Both the position numbers and the translations under genes were made by a program. Source: Escherichia coli (lineage in GTDB: Bacteria; Pseudomonadota; Gammaproteobacteria; Enterobacterales; Enterobacteriaceae). Taken from it: 64,000 bases of DNA. Position 1 is the first letter of the stretch. Every line of letters starts with the position of its first letter. The stretch lies in NCBI RefSeq assembly GCF_003334785.1, contig NZ_QOWV01000002.1. One strand, given 5' to 3'. Below the pieces are notes generated by a model that was not told the DNA's origin, searched no databases, and saw only the letters and a program-made list of their open reading frames with translations. Shown here piece by piece: positions 42,138-53,315 of this stretch.

Positions 42138-43388
42138 ATGGATGTCATGAGAAGTGTTCTGGGAATGGTGGTATTGCTGACGATTGCGTTTTTACTGTCA
42201 GTAAACAAGAAGAAGATCAGCCTGCGTACCGTTGGCGCGGCGTTAGTGTTACAGGTCGTGATTGGCGGCATTATGCTTTGGTTACCGCCAGGGCGTTGGG
42301 TCGCTGAAAAAGTCGCTTTTGGCGTGCATAAAGTGATGGCGTACAGCGACGCGGGTAGCGCATTTATCTTCGGTTCTCTGGTCGGACCGAAAATGGATAC
42401 CTTATTTGATGGTGCAGGATTTATCTTTGGTTTCAGGGTGTTACCGGCAATTATCTTCGTCACCGCGCTGGTGAGTATTCTCTACTACATCGGTGTGATG
42501 GGGATTTTAATTCGAATTCTCGGCGGTATCTTCCAGAAAGCATTAAATATCAGCAAGATCGAGTCATTCGTCGCGGTCACCACCATTTTCCTCGGGCAAA
42601 ACGAAATTCCGGCAATCGTCAAACCCTTTATCGATCGTCTGAATCGCAATGAATTATTTACAGCGATTTGTAGTGGCATGGCCTCGATTGCTGGTTCGAC
42701 AATGATTGGTTACGCCGCACTGGGCGTGCCTGTGGAATATCTGCTGGCGGCATCATTAATGGCGATCCCTGGCGGGATCTTGTTTGCCCGCCTGTTAAGC
42801 CCGGCAACGGAATCTTCGCAGGTTTCCTTTAATAACCTCTCTTTCACCGAAACACCGCCAAAAAGCATTATTGAAGCCGCTGCGACAGGGGCAATGACCG
42901 GGCTGAAAATCGCCGCAGGTGTGGCAACAGTGGTGATGGCATTTGTTGCAATAATTGCGTTGATTAACGGTATTATCGGCGGCGTTGGTGGCTGGTTTGG
43001 TTTTGAACATGCCTCGCTGGAGTCCATTTTAGGTTACCTGCTGGCTCCACTGGCGTGGGTGATGGGTGTGGACTGGAGTGATGCGAATCTTGCCGGGAGT
43101 TTGATTGGACAGAAACTGGCAATAAATGAATTTGTCGCTTATCTCAATTTCTCACCCTATCTGCAAACGGCTGGCACTCTCGATGCTAAAACTGTGGCGA
43201 TTATTTCCTTCGCGTTGTGCGGTTTCGCTAACTTTGGTTCTATCGGGGTGGTGGTGGGGGCGTTTTCTGCGGTTGCGCCACACCGTGCGCCGGAAATCGC
43301 CCAGCTTGGTTTACGGGCGCTGGCGGCGGCGACGCTTTCCAACTTGATGAGTGCGACCATTGCCGGGTTCTTTATTGGTTTAGCTTGA
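42138..43388 (+). CDS. nupX: NupC-family nucleoside transporter NupX (YeiJ)
   Basis: 416 aa, collinear with psuT (368/416 identical by my manual count). Confidence 0.93.
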   Translation: MDVMRSVLGMVVLLTIAFLLSVNKKKISLRTVGAALVLQVVIGGIMLWLPPGRWVAEKVAFGVHKVMAYSDAGSAFIFGSLVGPKMDTLFDGAGFIFGFRVLPAIIFVTALVSILYYIGVMGILIRILGGIFQKALNISKIESFVAVTTIFLGQNEIPAIVKPFIDRLNRNELFTAICSGMASIAGSTMIGYAALGVPVEYLLAASLMAIPGGILFARLLSPATESSQVSFNNLSFTETPPKSIIEAAATGAMTGLKIAAGVATVVMAFVAIIALINGIIGGVGGWFGFEHASLESILGYLLAPLAWVMGVDWSDANLAGSLIGQKLAINEFVAYLNFSPYLQTAGTLDAKTVAIISFALCGFANFGSIGVVVGAFSAVAPHRAPEIAQLGLRALAAATLSNLMSATIAGFFIGLA

Positions 43389-43396
43389 GTGTCATT

Positions 43397-43488
43397 GCCT
43401 GATGCGCAAGCTTATCAGGCCTACATTTACTTGCTGAAATTGCCTGATTTGTAGGCCGGATAAGACGCGTTAAGCGTCGCATCCGGCA
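43397..43488. repeat. BIME after nupX (two REP units)
   Basis: GCCTGATGCGCAAGCTTATCAGGCCTACA (43397-43425) and TGTAGGCCGGATAAGACGCGTTAAGCGTCGCATCCGGCA (43450-43488). Confidence 0.88.
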
Positions 43489-43494
43489 ACATTG

Positions 43495-44583
43495 TTACAC
43501 CATTGGCACTAATGAAAGCGCGTTATCGGCAGACAGGGTAGGGTTGTTTAAGCTGCCGCTGGCGCGCGAAATTGCCGCGCAGGCTACCGCAAAACGGGCG
43601 CTGTCGCGGAAACTGTATCCTTCAAGAAAGCTATATACCAGGCCCGCCATAAAACCATCGTCAGCACCAAAACTGTCTACTGTCGTATGCGCTGGCGCGG
43701 TCAGCAAAAATTGTTCTCCATCCTTTTCGCTGCAATAAACTGACTCATCGGGCAAATAAACAAACAGTTGCTGAACACCTTGCTGATGCAATGCATTCAC
43801 TGCGGTATTACGGTCAGCATCGCTGGTGATCGCCTGTCCCCATAAAATTTCCAGCTCCGGTAAAGTGGGTTTCAGGGTGTGAATATGCACCAGCCAGTGT
43901 TTGATTTTGCCCGCTTTGAATTCTGAAACGGTATCGACAAACACCGGGATTTCATCAGCGAGGGTAAAGACCCATTCCAGCGCCTCGGCTGTCAGGTTGC
44001 AATCAGCCAGTACCACGCCCGCATGACGAAGTAAATCGCGCGACCCGTTCAGTAGTTGCGGTGTCAACTGTTCCAGCAGATGGGTATCGTTAATCGCCAG
44101 CACGGTTTGATCGTCTCGATTGGCAATTGCCAGATACGTCGATGTGCTTTGACCATGCAAACGAACGCAGCCGGAGACATTCACGCCGGCACGGCGCGTT
44201 TCTTCCAGGAGCATTTCGCCATAAAAGTCATCGCCAATCACTGAAAGCAAATGGACGTCACGGCCTAACAGCGCCAGATTGTGGGCGATGTTGCGTCCCA
44301 CGCCGCCCGCTGAGCAATGAATTGTACCGGGATGAGAAGCCGATTGCGGGTAACGGATATCCGCCATCCCGCGAATATCCATATTGATTGTCCCCACCAC
44401 TACGCAGTATTCCTGCTCGGTGAGAATGTAACCTTTGCCTTTAATCCGGCCTTTGCGCATTAAATCCATAATATGCGCCGCAACGCGCGAACGGCTGATT
44501 TGCAGCATGTCCGCAATTTCGTTCTGCTGAATCAGCGGGTTACGCCGTAAAATTGCAAGGATCTCCTTTTCCCGGTTATTCAT
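43495..44583 (-). CDS. yeiI: Winged-HTH + PfkB-family sugar/nucleoside kinase fusion protein YeiI
   Basis: 362 aa. Residues 1-55 look like a MarR/DeoR-type HTH (REKEILAILRRNPLIQQNEIADMLQISRSRVAAHI). The rest aligns with PsuK (GGVGRNIAHNLALLG, VLAIND, ADCN, IPVFVD, IHTLKP, GADDGFMAGL). Confidence 0.9.
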   Translation of the reverse strand: MNNREKEILAILRRNPLIQQNEIADMLQISRSRVAAHIMDLMRKGRIKGKGYILTEQEYCVVVGTINMDIRGMADIRYPQSASHPGTIHCSAGGVGRNIAHNLALLGRDVHLLSVIGDDFYGEMLLEETRRAGVNVSGCVRLHGQSTSTYLAIANRDDQTVLAINDTHLLEQLTPQLLNGSRDLLRHAGVVLADCNLTAEALEWVFTLADEIPVFVDTVSEFKAGKIKHWLVHIHTLKPTLPELEILWGQAITSDADRNTAVNALHQQGVQQLFVYLPDESVYCSEKDGEQFLLTAPAHTTVDSFGADDGFMAGLVYSFLEGYSFRDSARFAVACAAISRASGSLNNPTLSADNALSLVPMV

Positions 44584-44585
44584 CT

Positions 44586-45443
44586 TCAGGCTACCGCTTT
44601 TTCAGTTTGTTGCGCTTTCAGCCAGGCGATCTCTTCTGCCCAGATATCCGGGTTGATGGTTTCGAGGATCAGCGGAATGCCGTCGAAACGGTCGTCCTGC
44701 ATGATCCAGCGGAACGCATCATGACCGATATTGCCTTCACCGAGGCTATGATGGCGGTCAACGCGGCTGCCAAAGGTGCTTTTCGCATCGTTAAGGTGCA
44801 TCCCGCGCAGATACTTAAAGCCGACAGTACGGGCAAAATCCGCGAATGTTTTCTCGCATTCGGCTGGAGTACGCAAATCATACCCGGCAGCGAAAGCATG
44901 GCAGGTATCAATGCAGACGCCGACGCGGGATTTATCTTCCACGCCGTCGATAATCGCCGCGAGATGTTCGAATTTAAACCCTAAGTTACTGCCCTGACCG
45001 GCGGTGTTTTCTATCACCGCTGTCACACCTTGAGTTTTATCCAGCGCAATGTTGATGGATTCGGCAATACGCGCAAGGCAATCCTCTTCTGAAATCTGCA
45101 TCAGATGGCTGCCAGGGTGGAAGTTGAGCAAAGAAAGCCCCAGCTGTTCGCAACGCTGCATTTCATCTATAAAGGCATCGCGCGATTTTTCCAGAGCTTC
45201 AGTGACCGGATGTCCGAGGTTAATCAGATAACTGTCGTGGGGAAGAATTTGCGCCGATGTGTAGTGATATTTTTCACAGGCGGCTTTGAATTCATCGATG
45301 GTTTGCGTCGTGAGCGGTGCGGCACGCCACTGACGTTGGTTTTTGGTGAACAAGGCAAACGCGGTTGCGTCGATTTCGGCGGCGCGAATTGCGGCATTTG
45401 CCAGACCGCCAGCAGCACTAACGTGCGCTCCAATGTATTTCAT
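44586..45443 (-). CDS. nfo: Endonuclease IV
   Basis: 285-aa TIM-barrel AP endonuclease. Recognised sequence [21 protein letters not shown]... Confidence 0.96.
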
Positions 45444-45516
45444 GCGAGGACTCCTGTTAAACCCGCTGGAGGAAAACGGTAATGATAGCGGGTTAACAGG
45501 AGCAAGATGTAGTGGT

Positions 45517-46566
45517 TTATGCGATGACGCTTTGAATCACATAGTTAATCGCACCACCACCAACAATCAGCCAGGCAAACAGTACCAGTGCCATCAGCAG
45601 AGGTTTCGCCCCAGCTTTTTTCAGCGCGCTGACGTGAGTGGTCAGACCCAGCGCCGCCATCGCCATTGCCAGCAGGAAGGTATCCAGCGTTACCAGCATG
45701 TTCACCACGCTCTGCGGTAACAGGTGGAACGAGTTAAAGATGGCAACTACGATGAACAAGATGGCAAACCACGGAATAGTGATTTTGCTTTTCTCGCCGC
45801 TGTTCGCCCCAGACAGCTGTTTAACACGCGCCGCCAGCAGGATGAGGAACGGAGCCAGCATCATCACGCGCAGCATTTTGGAAATAACTGCTGCGTTTTC
45901 CGCATCCGGGCTGATGGCATGACCTGCCGCCACCACCTGCGCCACTTCGTGCACAGTAGAACCAATGTAGATACCGAAAGTTTCCGGACTAAACCATTGA
46001 GACATCAGCGGATATATCGCCGGGTAGAGGAAAATCGCGACGGTCCCGAAGATAACAACGGTTGCAACAGCCACGGTTACTTTACTGGCTTCCGCTTTCA
46101 CTACCGGCTCAGTCGCCAGTACCGCGGCAGCACCACAGATACTGCTACCGGCACCGATCAACCAGCTGGTGTGCTTATCCAGACCAAACACTTTCTGCCC
46201 CAGGAAGCAAGCCAGCAGGAAGGTACTGGACAGCGTCAACACGTCAATGATGATCCCACTGATACCGACATCGGCAATTTGCGAGAACGTCAGACGGAAG
46301 CCATAAAGAATGATACCCAGACGTAATAAATATTGCTTGGCAAACAGCACACCACCGTCACAGCTTTTCCAGATGTGCGGATAGATGGTGTTGCCTAAAA
46401 CCATCCCCAACAAGATTGCGAGGGTGAGGGCACTAAACCCGGCACCCGCAACCGCGGGAATGGAACCACCCCACAGGGCGACCCCGGTGATAACTGCACT
46501 CAGGGCTAACCCCGGAATAAAATGCCACAGTGTACGATGTTGTTTCTGTAAGGTGATATTCGTCAT
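45517..46566 (-). CDS. yeiH: UPF0324-family inner membrane protein YeiH
   Basis: 349-aa polytopic ORF, divergent from the LysR gene yeiE. Confidence 0.9.
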
Positions 46567-46664
46567 AACCCTCTCCTTTAACCGGGCATAAGGTTACGAC
46601 TAACTGGTTTAAAAATAAAATTGATTATATATTTATAATTAATCTTTATAAGTGGTAAGCGACT

Positions 46665-47546
46665 ATGCACATCACCCTCCGGCAGTTGGAAGTTTTTGCA
46701 GAAGTATTGAAAAGTGGATCAACCACCCAGGCGTCGGTGATGCTGGCGTTGTCGCAATCAGCAGTGAGCGCAGCCTTGACCGACCTGGAAGGGCAGCTTG
46801 GCGTGCAACTGTTTGATCGCGTGGGGAAAAGACTGGTTGTTAATGAACACGGGCGGCTGCTCTATCCGCGTGCGTTGGCATTGCTTGAACAGGCGGTTGA
46901 AATCGAACAACTGTTTCGCGAAGACAACGGCGCGATTCGTATCTATGCCAGTAGTACCATCGGTAACTACATTCTGCCTGCAGTTATCGCCCGTTATCGC
47001 CATGATTATCCGCAGTTGCCGATTGAACTTAGCGTTGGGAATAGCCAGGACGTGATGCAAGCGGTGCTGGATTTCCGCGTTGATATTGGCTTTATTGAAG
47101 GACCGTGCCACAGCACTGAAATCATTTCTGAACCGTGGCTGGAAGACGAGCTGGTGGTTTTCGCCGCGCCGACTTCGCCGTTGGCCCGTGGTCCGGTCAC
47201 CTTAGAACAGCTGGCCGCTGCGCCGTGGATCCTGCGTGAACGCGGTTCCGGCACGCGGGAGATTGTCGATTATCTGTTGCTGTCACATTTACCGAAGTTT
47301 GAGATGGCGATGGAATTAGGTAACTCCGAGGCAATCAAACATGCGGTGCGTCATGGGTTGGGAATTAGTTGCCTGTCGCGACGTGTGATTGAAGATCAAT
47401 TGCAGGCAGGCACATTAAGTGAAGTTGCGGTCCCTCTGCCGCGCCTGATGCGTACGTTGTGGCGTATACATCATCGGCAAAAACACCTTTCCAACGCGCT
47501 ACGGCGCTTTCTGGACTATTGCGATCCCGCAAATGTGCCGCGTTAA
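46665..47546 (+). CDS. yeiE: LysR-type transcription regulator YeiE
   Basis: 293 aa with an N-terminal LysR HTH ([34 protein letters not shown]). Confidence 0.93.
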
Positions 47547-47750
47547 GTTGCTGTACAAGAACATGCTGGTGCTGTGTCGATTTCGTGACGCAGCGCCTTC
47601 AGCATGCATTCGCCAGAAAAGAGATTGGCTGCTTTACTTATAATCCCTGGGCGATCATGAAGGTGTCTTATAACCGTGAATTTCTGCCGGAAGGATTGCC
47701 AATCGTCTGCTACAATCGCGCCTCATTTTTAAGATGGATAGCATTTTTGT

Positions 47751-49220
47751 ATGGTTTCCGAAACTAAAACCACAGAAGCGCCGGGCTTACGCCGTGAATT
47801 AAAGGCGCGTCACCTGACGATGATTGCCATTGGCGGTTCCATCGGTACAGGTCTTTTTGTTGCCTCTGGCGCAACGATTTCTCAGGCAGGTCCGGGCGGG
47901 GCATTGCTCTCGTATATGCTGATTGGCCTGATGGTTTACTTCCTGATGACCAGTCTCGGTGAACTGGCTGCATATATGCCGGTTTCCGGTTCGTTTGCCA
48001 CTTACGGTCAGAACTATGTTGAAGAAGGCTTTGGCTTCGCGCTGGGCTGGAACTACTGGTACAACTGGGCGGTGACTATCGCCGTTGACCTGGTTGCAGC
48101 TCAGCTGGTCATGAGCTGGTGGTTCCCGGATACACCGGGCTGGATCTGGAGTGCGTTGTTCCTCGGCGTTATCTTCCTGCTGAACTACATCTCAGTTCGT
48201 GGCTTTGGTGAAGCGGAATACTGGTTCTCACTGATCAAAGTCACGACAGTTATTGTCTTTATCATCGTTGGCGTGCTGATGATTATCGGTATCTTCAAAG
48301 GCGCGCAGCCTGCGGGCTGGAGCAACTGGACAATCGGCGAAGCGCCGTTTGCTGGTGGTTTTGCGGCGATGATCGGCGTAGCTATGATTGTCGGCTTCTC
48401 TTTCCAGGGAACCGAGCTGATCGGTATTGCTGCAGGCGAGTCCGAAGATCCGGCGAAAAACATTCCACGCGCGGTACGTCAGGTGTTCTGGCGAATCCTG
48501 TTGTTCTATGTGTTCGCGATCCTGATTATCAGCCTGATTATTCCGTACACCGATCCGAGCCTGCTGCGTAACGATGTTAAAGACATCAGCGTTAGTCCGT
48601 TCACCCTGGTGTTCCAGCACGCGGGTCTGCTCTCTGCGGCGGCGGTGATGAACGCAGTTATTCTGACGGCGGTGCTGTCAGCGGGTAACTCCGGTATGTA
48701 TGCGTCTACTCGTATGCTGTACACCCTGGCGTGTGACGGTAAAGCGCCGCGCATTTTCGCTAAACTGTCGCGTGGTGGCGTGCCGCGTAATGCGCTGTAT
48801 GCGACGACGGTGATTGCCGGTCTGTGCTTCCTGACCTCCATGTTTGGCAACCAGACGGTATACCTGTGGCTGCTGAACACCTCCGGGATGACGGGTTTTA
48901 TCGCCTGGCTGGGGATTGCCATTAGCCACTATCGCTTCCGTCGCGGTTACGTATTGCAGGGACACGACATTAACGATCTGCCGTACCGTTCAGGTTTCTT
49001 CCCACTGGGGCCGATCTTCGCATTCATTCTGTGTCTGATTATCACTTTGGGCCAGAACTACGAAGCGTTCCTGAAAGATACTATTGACTGGGGCGGCGTA
49101 GCGGCAACGTATATTGGTATCCCGCTGTTCCTGATTATTTGGTTCGGCTACAAGCTGATTAAAGGAACTCACTTCGTACGCTACAGCGAAATGAAGTTCC
49201 CGCAGAACGATAAGAAATAA
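47751..49220 (+). CDS. lysP: Lysine-specific permease LysP (APC family)
   Basis: 489-aa 12-TM amino-acid permease. Recognised sequence. Confidence 0.95.
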   Translation: MVSETKTTEAPGLRRELKARHLTMIAIGGSIGTGLFVASGATISQAGPGGALLSYMLIGLMVYFLMTSLGELAAYMPVSGSFATYGQNYVEEGFGFALGWNYWYNWAVTIAVDLVAAQLVMSWWFPDTPGWIWSALFLGVIFLLNYISVRGFGEAEYWFSLIKVTTVIVFIIVGVLMIIGIFKGAQPAGWSNWTIGEAPFAGGFAAMIGVAMIVGFSFQGTELIGIAAGESEDPAKNIPRAVRQVFWRILLFYVFAILIISLIIPYTDPSLLRNDVKDISVSPFTLVFQHAGLLSAAAVMNAVILTAVLSAGNSGMYASTRMLYTLACDGKAPRIFAKLSRGGVPRNALYATTVIAGLCFLTSMFGNQTVYLWLLNTSGMTGFIAWLGIAISHYRFRRGYVLQGHDINDLPYRSGFFPLGPIFAFILCLIITLGQNYEAFLKDTIDWGGVAATYIGIPLFLIIWFGYKLIKGTHFVRYSEMKFPQNDKK

Positions 49221-49240
49221 GTTTCCTCCCTTCCTTGCTA

Positions 49241-49267
49241 AGCCCTCTCAACCGAGAGGGCTTTTTC
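49241..49267 (+). terminator. lysP intrinsic terminator
   Basis: AGCCCTCTC-aacc-GAGAGGGCT followed by TTTTTC. Confidence 0.85.
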
Positions 49268-49318
49268 AATTCCATTTCCCTGACAAATCATGCGGATATA
49301 AAATTTAACATTTGGATT

Positions 49319-49343
49319 GATAATTGTTATCGTTTGCATTATC
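49319..49343. promoter_or_regulatory. Fur box(es) in the cirA promoter
   Basis: GATAATTGTTATCGTTTGCATTATC resembles the Fur consensus GATAATGATAATCATTATC. Confidence 0.7.
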
Positions 49344-49513
49344 GTTACGCCGCAATCAAAAAAGGCTGACAAATCAGAGGCTGTTCCGGCTTTCTGGGAT
49401 GATCACCTGCATAAAAAATAAGTCCACCGCGATGCTGCCGTACGCAAGGGGACGTGAAGAAGATGTGAGCGATAACCCATTTTATTTTCGTAGTTACCTC
49501 ATGGAGATATGGA

Positions 49514-51505
49514 ATGTTTAGGTTGAACCCTTTCGTACGGGTCGGGCTGTGTTTGTCCGCTATTTCTTGTGCATGGCCTGTGTTAGCGGTCGATGATGAT
49601 GGCGAAACGATGGTTGTCACTGCATCTTCCGTGGAACAAAATCTTAAAGATGCACCTGCCAGTATCAGCGTCATTACCCAGGAAGACCTGCAGCGAAAAC
49701 CGGTACAGAATCTGAAGGATGTCCTCAAAGAAGTGCCTGGCGTACAACTGACGAACGAAGGGGATAACCGTAAGGGCGTTAGTATTCGTGGTCTGGACAG
49801 CAGCTATACCCTGATTCTCGTCGACGGTAAACGCGTGAACTCCCGCAATGCCGTCTTCCGCCACAATGATTTCGATCTGAACTGGATCCCGGTCGATTCC
49901 ATCGAACGTATTGAAGTGGTCCGTGGCCCGATGTCGTCGCTGTACGGTTCCGATGCGCTCGGCGGTGTAGTGAATATCATCACCAAAAAAATCGGTCAGA
50001 AATGGTCGGGTACCGTTACCGTCGATACCACCATTCAGGAACATCGCGATCGCGGTGACACCTATAACGGTCAGTTCTTTACCAGTGGACCATTAATTGA
50101 TGGTGTGCTGGGAATGAAAGCTTACGGCAGCCTGGCAAAACGTGAAAAGGATGACCCGCAAAACTCAACGACCACCGATACCGGAGAAACGCCGCGTATT
50201 GAAGGATTCTCCAGCCGCGACGGCAATGTCGAATTTGCCTGGACACCGAATCAAAATCACGATTTTACTGCCGGATACGGTTTCGACCGTCAGGATCGTG
50301 ATTCCGACTCGCTGGACAAAAACCGCCTGGAACGCCAGAACTACTCCGTCAGCCATAATGGGCGTTGGGATTACGGCACCAGCGAACTGAAATACTACGG
50401 TGAGAAAGTCGAGAACAAAAACCCTGGCAACAGCAGCCCGATAACTTCCGAAAGCAATACGGTCGACGGCAAATACACGTTGCCGCTGACGGCGATTAAT
50501 CAGTTTCTCACGGTTGGCGGTGAATGGCGTCACGACAAACTTAGCGATGCGGTGAACCTGACCGGGGGAACCAGCTCCAAAACGTCTGCCAGCCAGTACG
50601 CGCTGTTTGTGGAAGATGAATGGCGGATCTTCGAGCCGCTGGCGCTGACGACCGGCGTGCGTATGGACGATCACGAAACCTACGGTGAACACTGGAGTCC
50701 GCGTGCCTACCTGGTTTATAACGCCACCGACACCGTAACGGTGAAAGGGGGCTGGGCGACGGCATTTAAAGCACCTTCTCTGTTGCAACTTAGCCCTGAC
50801 TGGACGAGCAATTCCTGCCGTGGCGCATGTAAGATTGTGGGTAGCCCGGATCTGAAACCAGAAACCAGCGAAAGTTGGGAGCTGGGGCTTTACTACATGG
50901 GTGAAGAAGGCTGGCTGGAAGGGGTTGAATCCAGCGTTACCGTTTTCCGTAACGATGTGAAAGATCGTATCAGCATCAGCCGTACGTCTGACGTCAACGC
51001 TGCACCGGGCTACCAAAACTTTGTTGGTTTTGAGACGGGCGCTAACGGACGGCGCATACCGGTATTTAGCTACTACAACGTTAACAAAGCTCGTATTCAG
51101 GGCGTGGAAACCGAACTGAAAATTCCGTTCAACGATGAATGGAAACTGTCGATCAACTACACCTACAACGATGGTCGTGATGTCAGCAACGGCGAAAACA
51201 AACCGCTATCCGATCTGCCGTTCCATACTGCTAACGGTACGCTGGACTGGAAACCGCTGGCGCTGGAAGACTGGTCATTCTATGTTTCTGGGCACTATAC
51301 CGGGCAGAAACGCGCCGACAGCGCGACGGCTAAAACACCGGGCGGTTATACCATCTGGAATACCGGCGCGGCCTGGCAGGTGACTAAAGACGTCAAACTG
51401 CGCGCAGGCGTGCTGAACCTTGGCGACAAGGATCTCAGTCGTGACGACTACAGCTATAACGAAGACGGACGTCGTTACTTTATGGCAGTGGATTATCGCT
51501 TCTGA
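49514..51505 (+). CDS. cirA: TonB-dependent catecholate siderophore / colicin IA-IB receptor CirA
   Basis: 663 aa with a signal peptide, the TonB box ETMVVTA, plug and 22-strand barrel, and a terminal ...VDYRF. Confidence 0.96.
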
Positions 51506-51536
51506 TGAGAAGATGCCCGGCGAACCGGGCGGACTT

Positions 51537-52406
<870 letters not shown>

Positions 52407-52630
52407 TCATCATACCGTTTATTCAATGTGCTGTGAGTAACTTTCACTTCCGTATTTGCATAACGATGTTTTAACATCTGCTGATGAAAGGCAGCGGCAA
52501 TTACAATAATTATCGCTGTGAATACTGGATTATGTGCGCCGCCTCACGCACAATAATCAGGCTGTAAATCAGCTTAATAACTTTGCCCCCACGCAGGGCG
52601 GAGGCGTCACACCTGCAGGAGAAATCATAA

Positions 52631-53299
52631 ATGCCATCACTCAGTAAAGAAGCGGCCCTGGTTCATGAAGCGTTAGTTGCGCGAGGACTGGAAACACCGC
52701 TGCGCCCGCCCGTGCATGAAATGGATAACGAAACGCGCAAAAGCCTTATTGCTGGTCATATGACCGAAATCATGCAGCTGCTGAATCTCGACCTGGCTGA
52801 TGACAGTTTGATGGAAACGCCGCATCGCATCGCTAAAATGTATGTCGATGAAATTTTCTCCGGTCTGGATTACGCCAATTTCCCGAAAATCACCCTCATT
52901 GAAAACAAAATGAAGGTCGATGAAATGGTCACCGTGCGCGATATCACTCTGACCAGCACCTGTGAACACCATTTTGTTACCATCGATGGCAAAGCGACGG
53001 TGGCCTATATCCCGAAAGATTCGGTGATCGGTCTGTCAAAAATTAACCGCATTGTGCAGTTCTTTGCCCAGCGTCCGCAGGTGCAGGAACGTCTGACGCA
53101 GCAAATTCTTATTGCGCTACAAACGCTGCTGGGCACCAATAACGTGGCTGTCTCGATCGACGCGGTGCATTACTGCGTGAAGGCGCGTGGCATCCGCGAT
53201 GCAACCAGTGCCACGACAACGACCTCTCTTGGTGGATTGTTCAAATCCAGTCAGAATACGCGCCACGAGTTTCTGCGCGCTGTGCGTCATCACAACTGA
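52631..53299 (+). CDS. folE: GTP cyclohydrolase I
   Basis: 222 aa with the active-site region STCEHHF. Recognised sequence. Confidence 0.96.
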
Positions 53300-53315
53300 T
53301 TAAAAGGCAGGAACC

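Noticed and set aside
45724-46326. 200-aa plus-strand ORF
   Set aside because: It is antisense to yeiH with an Arg/His/Gln-rich translation, so it is a shadow ORF.
46630-46660. ATTATA-tatt-TATAAT inverted repeat as a YeiE (LysR T-N11-A) box in the yeiH-yeiE spacer
   Set aside because: It is plausible, but the region is almost pure A/T, so such palindromes arise by chance. It also overlaps likely -10 elements.
47459-47767. 102-aa ORF spanning the yeiE 3' end and the lysP leader
   Set aside because: It is out of frame with yeiE, Cys/Arg-rich, has no RBS, and ends inside the lysP start region.
50165-51016. 283-aa minus-strand ORF
   Set aside because: It is antisense within cirA, with an Arg/Ala/Phe-rich nonsense-like composition, and cirA is clearly the real frame.
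51515-51530. GCCCGG-cgaa-CCGGGC hairpin between cirA and yeiG as a bidirectional terminator
   Set aside because: The stem is short and lacks a clear U-tract on either side. It may still function, but the evidence is insufficient for a feature call.
52560-52630. Possible riboswitch or structured leader in front of folE
   Set aside because: There is only a 5-bp GCAGG/CCTGC pairing around the SD, and no resemblance to the THF or preQ1 riboswitch cores that I can recall.
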